A DNA stretch of 64,000 nt from Schmidtea polychroa (Eukaryota): positions 242,420,001 to 242,484,000 of the forward strand of contig CM097885.1 in assembly GCA_044892525.1 (NCBI GenBank), given 5' to 3'. The notes beneath the pieces are model-generated. The model ran no database searches. It saw only the letters and a program-made list of their open reading frames with translations, and had not been told where the DNA came from. Positions 1-13,777 of this stretch are shown one piece after another; position 1 is the stretch's first letter; each line of letters starts with the position of its first letter. The translations under genes were made by a program, and so were the position numbers.

Positions 1-744
1 TGATGATGATAGTGATGCTATCGAAATATATAGTGAAAAAGATGTACGAATGACGATCTATACAATAGATTTGTTTTAATACTTAACTGGAAAATAACAA
101 GACAAGTTTTTGTCTGTTGTCAGTTATTAAAATTTATGCTACTGGAAAATCATGAAAATACAACTTTTAAAATTAACTGTTGAAATTTGACTACGTTTTA
201 GCAAAACAAAAAAATTGATATTTTATTAACATTTCAATAATTACTCGAGTTTTTCATGGACATAAAATGTACAAGTATACGCCTAATTTATTAGCGAGGT
301 TTCTATTATAAATGAAAAGAGAAAAAGTGTTTAAATAAAAATATAACCGAAAATAAAAGGACTGTACTAAAATACTGACAAAGCTGAAGCCTAGGGCCCG
401 ATTGGCGGGGTCCCCAAATTTTGTATTATTATTATAACAACTTATTACATCTTTTAATTATTTGCAGATTATTATATTTATGTAATATAAGTAAAGAAGC
501 ATTTAATTATATTACATATTATATTTAATATAATATATTTCTAAAGTTGCTGTTGAAGATTTCACAGACAAAAATCTAGAAGAAAATGTATTTTTTATTT
601 ATGAATTGTACTTCATTTTTATATCTTTTATATATAAATAAATGTAATATTATTTTCAAAATTAAACTATTATTTAAACTATATAACTATGTAATAAGAA
701 AATGTTTTTATTTACTTATTTAATATTAAATAAATATTTTATAC

Positions 745-1002
745 CTTTATCACAAAATGTTTTTTTGCAAGCTGTGCATAAAACTCGTTTTTTCGACCTT
801 GTGAAACTGTTAATTGTTACAGAAGATGAGCCTATCAAGGGTTTTTCGCCGTTGAATGTTTGATTTTGATTGACGCTCAAACATTTAGAACTTTGACTTG
901 ATTCGGAATCAGACAAATTTTCTGGTTGATTGCTTTTATTTGACTGGATTACGTAATCCATTGAACAATTCGATGATGCGTCATTTATAATTTTGCGTTT
1001 TT
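745..1002 (-). CDS. BNC2: Basonuclin/disconnected-family gene, exon carrying the start of the first C2H2 zinc finger (gene continues toward or beyond base 1)
   Basis: Translation KKRVLCTACKKTFCDKG matches the disco/basonuclin finger KKRVxCxxCxKTFCDKG; acceptor ttctag at 1003-1008 (minus) and GT donor at 744; phase 1 matches the upstream exon ending at 3823. Symbol denotes the family, not proven orthology. Confidence 0.8.
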
Positions 1003-3822
1003 CTAGAAGAAATTTGGAGTTAAAAGTTCATTAATTTTTAATATTTGTTAGTCCGAAGTACTGTCAAATGTGCCAGATTTCTCAAGAATGATTCTAATCT
1101 AAGTCGCAGGTAAAATTTTATTAGGTTCACTGAGTCAGAAAAGTTCTATAAAAGATTTTGCCCAAAAATCTATGTAGCATATAATTTTAATTCAATTTAA
1201 ACACAAATTTTTCGGTGCATACTTTTTTAATTCAAGAATTACTTTAATAATAACACTAAAAGGAATATTAGAAATTGCCATGTTAAATTTCTTAAAATAT
1301 ATTTATGTGAAAACAGAGGTGATTTTATTGTGAGATGTATCCCAATCTTAATCTTTACTATAATTTGGAAGTTTGAACATTTTTGTCGTCTAGCAGTGTT
1401 ATTTTATATCTGGTGCAAAATTTACTAATAACGCTGGCCTAGAAAAAATATTTTTTCGTTGTCATAAAATATTGAATGAAATTGGGTTATTTTCGTGATA
1501 CTTATTTGAAAAATGATTTCATTTTTTATCGAATTAGCTCTAATTTTCACATAATAACTACCTTCATAAATATGATTTATATTGTATAATAACTAAAATA
1601 TTATCACTTGAAAAAGGCAGTGCTGAAAATTCGTGAATATCAAAAAAACATCGATATCATAGTCAAGCTTTTTAATAAATACAATGTCAATTGAAAAGAA
1701 ATCAGTGGTAAAAATTGAAAAAAGTTCATATAATACTAAAGATTTTAGTATTATAAGAACTTTTTTTTCAGTTCTAGTCTAAAATATTAATAAATATATG
1801 TGTATTCTGTGTCATTCATTATAAAATTATAAATAATAGCAGTTAATATAATACGCTTTATAATTTATATTTTACAGTATATTATTTATTTTATAGAATA
1901 TGGTATATTTTCTTACACTTATTTTTAATAATAATTTGAATTTAATATATTTGTTTAGCTACCTGTTTAGTTTGTGATAATTCAAAACCTGTAAACTATT
2001 ATTTATGTCATGAAATAATCATAAAAATCTTCAACTATCCATATCCATTTTACTACGAATGTGGGGAATAAAATCTTGAAGAGAACTGGAGGAATCTAGC
2101 TGATTTTGTGAAGCAATCACAATCGCATTATATTGGTCACCAAGACAATGGAAGAAAGATATTATGGTTATTAGGAGAAGCATACAATGGTAGATTACTA
2201 ATTGACTCTCAAACTCGAATCATCTGCTGTAGCATATAACAAAAATTCAAAGAAACTATTTCTTTATGCCATGAATAGTTTTTTAGTTCGTTCCCGTGTT
2301 TTCATAATACATTCATCTTGTTCTAGGAAAGCTTGGGTATATACTGTTAAAATTGTGAATTTCTATAAGTAAGAAAAATGAACCGATTTCACAAATTTTG
2401 TGGATAAAGATATAATTTTCTCAAAGAGTAAAGCCAAGCAACCTAAGCGACAGCCAGATTTAGGATTCATTGTATTAAAATTACTCAAAATAACTTAAAG
2501 ATCATCGACAATATAAGCTTTGTTCACCAGTGTAATTATTTTAATATTTTTGTAGAAATCATTATATTACACATGGAACATATATAATCTATCTTAATGC
2601 TCAAAGGGCTATATATAGGCTCGCCGACAGCAATTCAGGGCTTCTAGACCGAGAATTTCATTGGCTCCTAAACAATTGTTAATCGAACAGTACATAAAAT
2701 AACAGATGACGTTTTATTTTACGTAGTGGCTTGTGACACCCAATTAAGACAATTTCTTGTGCAGGAAAAAAAACTCCACCTAAACCAGCGTACGCGGCAT
2801 AGTTCTCCGGCCCGGGAGACATTTGGAAAAATTCATTTTGACCCGCGCTTAAAAGTATTTGCCCACCTTTGGTTTAACCCGTATTTCCCAAATTAAACTT
2901 ATGTATTAATTTATATTATAATATATGCAAAAAATATTTTTTACAATATGCACAATATCAACCAATGATCGATACTAGATGTATGTAGTAGTAAATATCG
3001 GGAAACGACATTATCATCGGTATTATTAGGGCAAAGCCAAAGTGGGAATACGTATTCGCACTCGGCACCAAAGGGTTAAAATGAATACTAATTAATCATT
3101 AGCTGTTGATTATTATTTTTATATAAAAGTTCAACATCTTTTTTATAAAAATTTTGAATATAAAAATAACTTTTGAAACGAGAATTATGCGTTTTGATTT
3201 ATGCACTGCTAGGACATAAAAACAACTAATTATTTAAAGATGAAATTTAAACAGGAAGAAGGCTGTTGTTTTGACTGGTTATAGCTAGTTAATAATATTA
3301 AAACTAAAATAATTGCACATACAACTAAAATATTTATTAAAATACTAATTTAGAGATCATTGAAAGCGCAAAAATGTCACACTGATTGCGCGTGAGTTTA
3401 TAAATGCAGTTTATTACTAACCATAAATTATCTGTATTTATTTTACATTGGAACCCCAGTGAGAATCACTAATATAACACAAAATAATTTTCCTAATCAT
3501 ATCTCTTTTCTTTTGATAAGTCATTTTATAAACGTCTTTTCTAAAATAAGATTTATTTCACTTCTGATGAAAATATGTCAATTGTGAATAAAAAATAGAT
3601 ATTTAAAATTTTAGATATTTTTAAGATATTTTATTTAAAAATTTTAAAAATTTTAAAAATAATTTTAGATATTTTAAATGATTTATTTATTAAATTTAAT
3701 CTCATGATTTTCAGTGGAGAAATATTTCAATGATGGAATATGTAAAAGAATAATTTAGTAAATCGTATTTTTATATGTTTCATAAGTAGATATCAATCCA
3801 ACATTTTATTTAAAATATTTAC

Positions 3823-4692
3823 TTTTGTTGAGATCTTTCTTTTCATAATTTGTTTGAGTGCTTTCTTTATCTCGATTATCTTCATTATCAATGAAATTTA
3901 CCATTCTATTCAAGAAAAGCATTGACGAATTGAAGGACGAATTAGCCAAGGGTCCGGCGAAATGATTGCTGTTCATAATTTTTGATTTATACATGTGATT
4001 CTGAAGGAATTTCTCTGGTGGCACGTATGTACACATTGACATGGCTGCGAGAATATCTGGACGGTTGCTTGGACCGATAAAATTCGTCGACATGTATTCT
4101 TTATAATTTGTCATCATTATTATTGCCATTGGCCGGGTTTCAGGAAACATTAAAAATTGTTTGATGATCAATATCTCAGAATCCGAAGTGCATTTATTCC
4201 AATGGGTTCTAATAGTTCCTGATTCATTCTGAAATGTAAAAATAAGTAAAAAATGTTTCATAAAAGTAAAGTTAATTCTCCTTACCATTAACATATACCC
4301 TCTACTATAGTCTTGGAAACTCCAGCCAAATTTGTGTAACATGCGAATAATATTCGCTTGTTGATGAATTGATAGCAGCCTATCAAGAAGGATTTTTATT
4401 TGAACCGCTATCGCTTGACATCCAAATAGAATCATACTCATAATTTCCTCAGTCAAACTCAATACGATATTCTCATTTTGTTCGCTGTGTGTCATAACAA
4501 TCATACTAATTCGATGAAGAACTAAAATGATATCAAAACGAAAATTATTGTCAAACGTCCTACAAAAACCGACTCACCATGAAATGGCCATTGATGATTG
4601 CAATTTACGCAAACCTGACTCAAATCCGATGACACCTTAAACGACAGACAAAAACAGTCATTAGCCATGCATCGCATTTTGTCGAATTCCAA
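3823..4692 (-). CDS. BNC2: Basonuclin/disconnected-family gene, N-terminal conserved-domain exons (4578-4692, 4286-4521, 3823-4228)
   Basis: Exons translate to MRCMANDCFCLSF..VCVNCNHQWPFH, IAVQIKILLDRLLS..LHKFGWSFQDYSRGYML and ..HW..SEILIIKQFLMFPETRPM, which follow the basonuclin N-terminal block (C-x4-C-x-C..C-x2-C-x-H-x-W; VRLKILLDRL; GWTxxDYxRGYIL; QFLRFGETK). GT-AG introns at 4522-4577 (56 nt) and 4229-4285 (57 nt) with consistent phases. Confidence 0.88.
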
Positions 4693-5336
4693 CTGAAGTA
4701 ATAATAAGAAACAATCAAAATAATAATTTAATAATTATAATAATTATTATAATAATAATCATAATTGTATTGGCAGTCCTTAAAATATCCTAAATTCCCA
4801 ACGAAAATGAACCAATCGTTTACAAAAGGATTACAAAAAGTCATATTTGACAAATTATTACTGCGTCTAGATGCTGGTTATTGAAGGAAACTTGGTTTAG
4901 TCTAGTGAAGAAAATTTCTTGTACTTGCGACACATCTTTAATCTCTCGGGGTACGAGTGGATCGAAGTCAATTTGTTATATTCAAACAATAATAATTCTT
5001 TGACAGAAAGTAATTTTTCATGGTGCCACATTCCCAAGTGTATGAAAAGTCTCAAGATCAATCAATTTTATGTGTAAATCATGATTTTAATTACCATATT
5101 TTTGTTTTTAAATTAGGAGTTTAAGGCCCAGCATTATTACAGTGAAACCAGATTTGATTTATTATCATTAACAATTCAAGGACATCGATAGGCATTTGCA
5201 GAGCATTTCCGGTAATTCCGTTTTGGAAAAGAATTCCCTGATTTCGTTGGAATGCATCTGTCATAATCTTTCCCTCAAATTAATCGTCTAATAATTTTTA
5301 ATCAGATTTTTTTCAATTTAAAAAAATATAGAACTC

Positions 5337-5338
<2 letters not shown>

Positions 5339-5377
<39 letters not shown>
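5339..5377. repeat. (TAA)n microsatellite
   Basis: Direct reading of about 13 TAA/AAT units. Confidence 0.95.
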
Positions 5378-5378
<1 letters not shown>

Positions 5379-6210
5379 TCTTTATTATTCTAAATAAAAT
5401 CAGATCTATTTAAGGTCAATTACTACAATTACTAAAAATTGCGGAAAAGGCTTACTTATTTATTTAACACGTTGAACGCCGCAATGCTAAAAACAAATGT
5501 ATTTTGCATCGTATACGATTCGCACGGCTTTCAACGTGTCAATGACGTTNNNNNNNNNNNNNNNNNNNNNNNNNNNNNNNNNNNNNNNNNNNNNNNNNNN
5601 NNNNNNNNNNNNNNNNNNNNNNNNNNNNNNNNNNNNNNNNNNNNNNNNNNNNNNNNNNNNNNNNNNNNNNNNNNNNNNNNNNNNNNNNNNNNNNNNNNNN
5701 NNNNNNNNNNNNNNNNNNNNNNNNNNNNNNNNNNNNNNNNNNNNNNNNNNNNNNNNNNNNNNNNNNNNNNNNNNNNNNNNNNNNNNNNNNNNNNNNNNNN
5801 NNAAATATTCATTAAAAATTAAGAATACAAAAGATTTAAAAGTACTTTTTATGTATAATTTGGAAAATGTATAATATGCAAAACATTTTAATTTTTATTT
5901 TAATTTTTAAACTAGTAAATGATGTGGAATAAATAATATAAACAGATTAGATAATAAGGATGGAATATTATTTCAATAAATCCTCCTAATTCACAACCAC
6001 TGATTAATATGACCTTATTTTTCTATTATTATTTTTTCTCAATTTAATCCTAAATATTCTCCTCGCCAAAGCTGTTGCTACCGTCACACTGCAAAAAAGT
6101 TTTGTTAAATCTCATGTAATTAACAAGTGTACATTTCTTAATTACACATGTTGAACATGTCAAGCGTATTGCTGATCATCAACCGCAACTGAAGTGGCAT
6201 CAAAAGTTTA

Positions 6211-6444
6211 TTAATTAAGTTGCCCATCTAGATTCGTTGGAGGAAAACAACGATAATTAATAGAGTGATAATCGACAATCCGACGACTGTTATCAGTCTG
6301 GTTGATCTCAGATTTTGATACTGGGTCTCTCCCCAGGTGGCATTTATCACTGGCAATGGAAACTTGAAATCGGGTTTCAATGGCATATTTCCTATCGGTG
6401 ATTGTCTCCTTATTCGACACATGACATTTACTAAGAATTTCCAC
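6211..6444 (-). pseudogene. Decayed Ty3/gypsy reverse-transcriptase fragment
   Basis: RRIVDYHSINYRCFPPTNLD resembles the RT motif RLVVDYRKLN..YPLPNID; no intact ORF. Confidence 0.5.
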
Positions 6445-8889
6445 CGCTATGCTTCGTATCGTTGCCTAATGAACATAAAATGCATCACAATATGACAAGC
6501 GAGATCGAAATATTGAAGATGCGCCATTTTCTAATAATTTCTACAAACTCACAATTTCAGACTGTGACTTTTAAATGTTAATGCAAATACAGATGCTACT
6601 TGGTTGGATTTAGACCAGTGCAATCAGCTACTGAAGCTGTCATCGTTAGTTTAATTAGTAAATTTATCAATTCAGATCAGTCGGGAATCATGAAATATTG
6701 TTTTATCCATCAGTATGATCATCAACCAGACATGGTGATCACGGATATTGCCTATTTTATAATTCGTTTATCTTTTCCGGTTAAATTCGATGATAAGTTT
6801 CTTTTATTGCTTTACGAATTTTCGTAACATATCTCTGTTATCACTTGACATAAAGATGACGACAATTTTTCATGAATATAAAATTCCACCAAATTATAAC
6901 AATAATATGATTTCGAAAATAAAATATAAAAAAAGATTTAAAATTTGTTTAAAATACATATTATATAATAAAATATATAAAATGAATTAACCAATTAAAT
7001 AATTGCAATTACAATTGACATATGTATTATTAATATTATTACAGTTATATCCTTCAGTATGAATAAAATTATTATTANNNNNNNNNNNNNNNNNNNNNNN
7101 NNNNNNNNNNNNNNNNNNNNNNNNNNNNNNNNNNNNNNNNNNNNNNNNNNNNNNNNNNNNNNNNNNNNNNNNNNNNNNNNNNNNNNNNNNNNNNNNNNNN
7201 NNNNNNNNNNNNNNNNNNNNNNNNNNNNNNNNNNNNNNNNNNNNNNNNNNNNNNNNNNNNNNNNNNNNNNNNNNNNNNNNNNNNNNNNNNNNNNNNNNNN
7301 NNNNNNNNNNNNNNNNNNNNNNNNNNNNNNNNNNNNNNNNNNNNNNNNNNNNNNNNNNNNNNNNNNNNNNNNNNNNNNNNNNNNNNNNNNNNNNCATTTT
7401 AAAATTAATTTTTTTACCTGATAATTGCTACAAATTTTAAAAATGAAGTTTATTAATTATAAAATAAATTGTATATATATAAAATTACTTGATTACATCG
7501 AAAAAATTCCAAAATAGACAAAAATAAGTTTCAAAGAACGATTTTTAAAATTTATTGATTTCTAATAAGCAAATATTTTTGATCTTTTTAATAATTCCGT
7601 AAAAGATTTCATGGTCAATTTGTGCAACGTATTAAAACAAGACCAATTTATATATAATCTTTCAATTTTTGCCACTTACATGCCTCATTAAAATGTATTT
7701 AAAAAAGAAAGGAAAAATATAGAAATCTATCATTAGTATAATCGGTTTAAATTTGTCGTAGCATGAGGATAATTAGAAAAACGATGTTCGGCATTAGTAT
7801 CTGTCAACATTTGTGACTGTCCAAGCTGTAATTAGTCTGACCCAATGTTCGTGGACAATTTTAATGATAGCTCTTGTACTAGAGATGTTATGTGTCGTTT
7901 TGATGCTGACAGTTTTTTTAAAACACTCGATATTATTGTGGGACTTTATCACGAAATTTTCAATGACATTAAAACTGTTAAAACTAAATGAAATCACGAT
8001 AAAACTTATTTCGAAATTCTTTGTTGAAAATTTAGATAATAGAAATTAACAATGCAATCTATTAAAATATTTTATATTTTGTTTCAATTTACTCAATAAT
8101 TTTGTTAAATTTTAATTGCAAAAAATTAATAAAAATATTTATAAAGATATTTAATGGAAATATTGAATTAAAGAAACAAAATATTACCTTATTAATTTGT
8201 GTCTGCATTTTGACGTGCTTCTCAAAATTGTTCTAATTTAAAATACAATTCAGGATTTATTTTCGCTTTAAAATAAAACAACCAATAATAATCGGTTATC
8301 AATTCTCTTCAGCCAATCAAATTAAATGTATTATGGAATTAAGTTTTATAATAATGAATTTTTATTGGAATTTTCATAACGTAAAATTTGACAAAATTTT
8401 TATTAAATAAATTTTCATTAAAAATCACAGATAATTTTAGTGTCAATTTTTATTTAAATATGGCTAAAACTACTGATGAATTAGAATCCTGATTCATTTA
8501 TTTAATGATTGTGATCATTTGTAAAGGCATTTAATAGATCCATGCCAATTGTTTAGAAGAAGTCTTAGCGCAGCAAAACTGTATTTATATTATGTATTTA
8601 TAACTAATAATTAAAAAGAATAAATTAGCAATTCATTATAAAATATTCAATTGTTTAAAGAATCATTTATAAAGTTAAAAAATGAATACAATATTTATAA
8701 GCATTTAGTTTTGGATGAAAAAAACTGACCAATAAATAAAATTTTTTCGTAACCAGAAAACTCTTCATGGATGACTTGCGCCTATGATTCCTTGGTCTTC
8801 TCTATCTTTAATCGTATGTATTTAGCATCTGTAAACATCGAAAAGTACATTACTGTACATAACTTGACATATTATAGTATAGATCTACG

Positions 8890-11800
8890 CAGTAGCGGAT
8901 TTTGGTCAGTTGAAGCCCGAGGTGCAGAAAAAAATATTGGGCCCCTAATAAAACGAGAGACAAAGAAAATAAAAATACGTGTTAATCAATAATATTTGAA
9001 TATAATATAGGTGTAATATAATTAACATCATAACAATAATCACAAAGTTTGTAACTGATAGTTGAACATATATATGTTTTTAAAAGTATAATTATAATAA
9101 ATTTGATAATAGTATCAGAGAAACAATCAGAAATAAGAGCGTAAAAATCATAGAATTGTATTTATATATAATAAATATTTCATAATTATAAAAATATTTA
9201 AATAATTTCTTTTCTTGCTTTTCGTTTTGCAAACTTATTAATTATCTCATCACAATCAATAATTTCGAGTAAATCATTCTCTATATATAAAATAGTCATA
9301 TTATTAAATTTTTCCTCTAACATTGAATTTCTTTTTAAACAAGAAAATGTGCGTTCTCCCGATGCATTTGAAATCGGCAAGGTTAACAAATTTTTAAAAT
9401 AATTTCCACATTTCTTTCATATCTAATGCCTTTTTGTATATATTATCAATTGATTGTTTGTCTTCTTCATCTAAAAATATTAAAAACTGTACCAACTCAT
9501 CTTTTAAAATTACTTGAATCAATGTCATCTTTGTACATTTCTATTAAATTATTAACCCTACACTGCATATTGTATCACTGGTGATACACAATTATCTTAT
9601 TAGAATAAAAACTGTCTCGCTCTTGTTCTCGGTAAATGTTCTCTCATATTACATTGTATTGGCTATATTTGCAATATAATACAAAAAAACCGTAATGTAA
9701 TTCTCAATAGTTTTTTTTTTACCAAATCAATTTTTTCTTTTCTTCTACATACAAGTTAAACACGAAAAAAACTTTAAAATTACTTATAACATTTTCAGTT
9801 CTGATATTAAATGATCGCATATTACGTAGAATGCATTATGTAGGAAAAATCTTTCGATTTTCTGTACATCTTTTCTTGCGATCATCTTCAAATGATTTAT
9901 CTGTAAGTTCTTTCACTTCTGATTCTATTTCGATGAAATTATGTCAAATTTTTTTCATTAATAAAAGTTTCTAGACTTTTCAATAATGACGCACCTTTAA
10001 CAATTGTGCAATAAATAGATTGTAAATATTTACATGTTGCATTGATTCGTTACAAAAGTTTATTCCATGGGACTGTCATAACAGCAGTTTCATAATCGTT
10101 CATTTTTTAAGTAATGATTTTGCTTCAGTAACAACAAAATTTTTTCTTTTGGGGAGTTACATATTTCATCTAAAGCCTTTTTAATATTTTTGTAACCACA
10201 TTTTAACGCTAAAACTACATCAGTCCTGGCAGACTATCCTGTATCTGGCACTTTCTTTAATGTATAAGACCCTTTATCTAATTTCTTGCATAACATATTC
10301 CATTGAATCTGTGATGCAGAGAAAAAAAAACAAAGTTTTCACGAATAAAAAATATCTGGACGCATTACTACATCTCTCCGCAGCTACATTACCAACTAAA
10401 TTAAGTGAATACCTAGAGCACGGATGGAACTGATGGAGCATGTTGTCTTATTCTTGTTTGTAGACCATTGTACTTGCCCGACATATTTGCTGCATTGTCG
10501 TACGATTGTCCACGACAATATTTAATATCTACTGGCAAATTTTTCAAGGTAGATAAAATTGTCTCTTCTAAATACTCCGCATCATATCTTTTTATAGGGA
10601 AGAACATTAAAAATCTTTCCTTAATATTCCCATTTTCTGATAAATAACGCACTACGAAGGTAAGTTGATCCACATGTACAACATCTGGTATAGAATCTAA
10701 AATGATACTATAATATTTTGCGTATTTTATTTCCTTCAAAATGTGTGCCATAAGAGAATCGGCAATTATTTTCAAAAGTTCATCACAAGTCTGATGATAC
10801 AAGTAATTTACAAGTCCGCTGCCTTGATTACTATACTTTTGTAAATGCAATTTTAAAAATTCATTGTATTCCCACAAAAAAAATAGTCAAATAATTGCCT
10901 TTTCTCGAATATGTTGCATTCTCATTATGGCCTCTAAAAGCAATGCCCAACTTTGCGAGGAATTTTATTGAGGATACAATTCTTCGCAGAACCTCAATTC
11001 AATAATTTTCTTTTTGTAAAAAAATTTGAAGATTTTCAACATCGATGCGATTTAATGAAGAAGAGCGCTTGTATAATGTACACATTGAAGCGACGTGCTC
11101 TTTTGACATTTCATGCTCGGACAAAGTTCTTCCAATATGTTTCCAATTTTAGAATCCTGTAATCAACTTAGACTTTAAGCCCGAAAACATTTTGCACGGA
11201 TAACAATAAATTGCTTTTGATGTTTCGGAAAAATTTAACCACGTCCTTTCTTCTTTTTCACCATTCGAAATTTTTCTGTAAAATTTATCTTTACACAAAC
11301 CTCTGTAGTAAATGCGATCAATGTGTTTATAGACCAATTTAAGTTTAGTTATATCGCCTATATTTATTGGTTTATTTGCAATTAAAAATTCAATAATTTC
11401 ATTAGATAAAACGTTAGGCCAGACAGCAATGTCTTGTAATGAAACTTCGAATGGTATATATTCGTTTGCGTTCCAACATTTTCTAATGGATCTACATTTT
11501 TTTCTATTGGTTTTCACCTGGTTGACTATTGAATGGTTCTTCATTTTTATTATCATTGTTGCTTTCTATACCTTGATTTTCAACTTCAACTAACTCTTTT
11601 CGCTGACTGATGGAAGCTCCTTGTTCTTCATTTTCATTGTTGCTCGAATTATGATGGCCTGAATGGTCAGGACCTGTTATAAATTTATCCAAGGCTCCTT
11701 TCTGTTGGTTGCCAGCTTGCTCGCGTCTTTTTTTAATTTGTCTTTTTTAGCTCCTGATAGATGTCGCTTTATTTTCCTGCTAACAATGAAATGAAAATAT

Positions 11801-12169
11801 AAAATTTAATAGTCTAAATGATTAGAATACTAGAGAAGGGATTTTGCGTTAAATATCAATAAATTATTGATTAATATAATTAATATTGTTTATCATTTAT
11901 CATATGCATTTTAAATAAACGAAATATTAAATGCCGTATTCAGTTATAACTTATAGCTTAAAACTTCTTTTTTCATTAAAACATTTATCATCAGTTTTAC
12001 AGATCAGTATTTATAAAATAATTTTAAATAAGTAGTATTGTATGTAATTAAAATTGCACATATGAAACCTAACTTGTCATTAAAAAAGCGTAACATTAGA
12101 TTTTTGCCCCCCCCCGTCCCTTAAATGTCGGGGTCCACACCCCTGAGCCCGTGCGTAAATCCGCCTCTG
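8890..12169 (-). mobile_element. hAT DNA transposon (ZMYM1-like/DUF4371 transposase), decayed
   Basis: TIRs CAGTAGCGGATTT / AAATCCGCCTCTG (11/13); degenerate 8-bp TSD GATCTACG / GATCCACT; broken ORFs with YCYPCKMF (11149-11556), YYSIILDSIPDVVHVDQL..CRGQSYDNAANMSGKYNGLQ (10413-10877) and hATC motif TLPISNASGERTFSCLKR (9198-9389). Confidence 0.9.
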
Positions 12170-12254
12170 GATCCACTTAATGTTGAGAGTAATTCTTATT
12201 TTTCTATTTTCGTTTCGTTTGATGGCATCCACTTGGCCTCTTTGATTAAATATT

Positions 12255-12790
12255 TGTTGGGGCTTGTTGTCGGTGTTTTATCAAATCGATAACTACTCTC
12301 TGACAATAACAACGAATTCCGAACAATATAACTTTATTGAATACCACAAGTGGTTATACCAATTACAATGACACCAATTACTCAATGCAACTCAAAAGTA
12401 TTCAAGTGCTTATAACAACTCTTCGGGAATAATATAACCTTAGAAAAACTTTAATTATACGACCACTTAACGGCTGATAGTGGCTGAAACCTCGCACAAT
12501 TGATCTGGATGCTTTCCTGACGTGACTTAGGACTTTAACAATCTCTACTTGTTACTTCGATTATCATTGGCTTATTGATTTAACAATAATATTCCATTTT
12601 CTCTTTCTCTCTGGCCGTTTCGTTTTAACTTTTATTGATTACTGTTTCAATTTCATTTCTTCCCTTTTCAACTTTTCAATATTCCGGTTCCTTTCTATTT
12701 CTGGTTCTTTAAATAAATTTTCTTCTGCTTTTTGCAATTAGACGCTTTCTTTTATTTCCCTACCATTTCTGTAGTTGCTCGGCTAATCTA
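12255..12790. repeat. Possible partial copy of the local solo-LTR family
   Basis: Starts TGTTGG and has the same pyrimidine-rich body as 18056-18856 and 21525-22271; 3' terminus and TSD not found. Confidence 0.35.
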
Positions 12791-12949
12791 TAGCAATTGT
12801 GATATCATAGCACGAGGGAATACCGATACTGGACTTATTCAGGGTATTAGGCGTTCCACCCTCCATGAAGCCTTTGTGACAGCGGCACAGAAGTTTACAG
12901 GATAAACTGAAACAACATCCAAATAGTCCGATTATGTTCATTGAGTTTA

Positions 12950-13304
12950 TCATCTTGCATGTATGGTTGTTTTCGACCGTGAGCCCGAAAAATAATGCAT
13001 TTAATTTTATCAAAAATGATTCCGAACATAGAAATGAGATCCAATCCATTTCGGCCAATATTTTTCCCAATAGTTTACAAGCTAATACCTCATTTGATTC
13101 TAGTTTGATTTTTATCGGCTGAAAAATAGTTAGCATACATTCATAACGAATCCCAAATATGGTAATAACATTTCACCTCCAGAAAACCTTTTTATTAGCG
13201 GAAATATTGAGTTTTTTATAAAAAGAAACTTTTAACAGGATCCTGGTTCCTTATTAACCTTTTAATTGTTGCTAACATGCTTAGCCAACGAGTTGGAACA
13301 TTGT
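12950..13304 (-). pseudogene. hAT transposase fragment
   Basis: HNVPTRWLSMLATIKRLI (hAT TRW motif) followed by TIFQPIKIKLESNEV; stops and frameshifts present. Confidence 0.6.
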
Positions 13305-13368
13305 GAAAAATTCATACTATTTTATTTGAGACCACTGAAAAAATCTTTTATTCACGGTGTTTCAGACG

Positions 13369-13777
13369 TTCATTAACGATTCACAAAACGCTTAATCTAT
13401 TAACTGCACAAGCATCTTTGGTTGCTTGTCTTTGACTATCATTGCAATAAGCTTGAACAGTTACAACAGCATCCTTTAATGTTTTAGCCAAGTATATTTC
13501 TGCAATTTCTTTCATTTTCCGGAACACATTTTGCTTTCATTTTTGAATTTTACTCAAATTCTTCGTCTATCATTTTCATTTATTACATCGAGTGACCAAT
13601 GTTTCATATCACTTCAAACTGATGATTGATCAAGTTTTCGACCAATCAGTCGCTTTGTTCGGTATCTGGAAATGCAACACAACTAGGTGTTGTAAGGTTT
13701 CTTGAATCATTTGCAAAAATTTCAACTTTTTCATGTTGAAATACACCAACGCATGAATAGGTAGCATTACCAGACAT
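13369..13777 (-). pseudogene. HSP70: HSP70 5' pseudogene fragment (not shown in the ORF track in this frame)
   Basis: Manual translation gives [41 protein letters not shown] / [19 protein letters not shown] / [42 protein letters not shown], collinear with cytosolic HSP70 but with internal deletions and stops. Confidence 0.92.

Noticed and set aside
4860-5280. Possible further exons upstream of the basonuclin gene
   Set aside because: Open stretches exist but I could not find consistent splice sites or family motifs.
5439-7421. ORFs of 93-136 aa spanning N-runs (also 19415-19797 and 30081-30548)
   Set aside because: Artefacts of translating assembly gaps.
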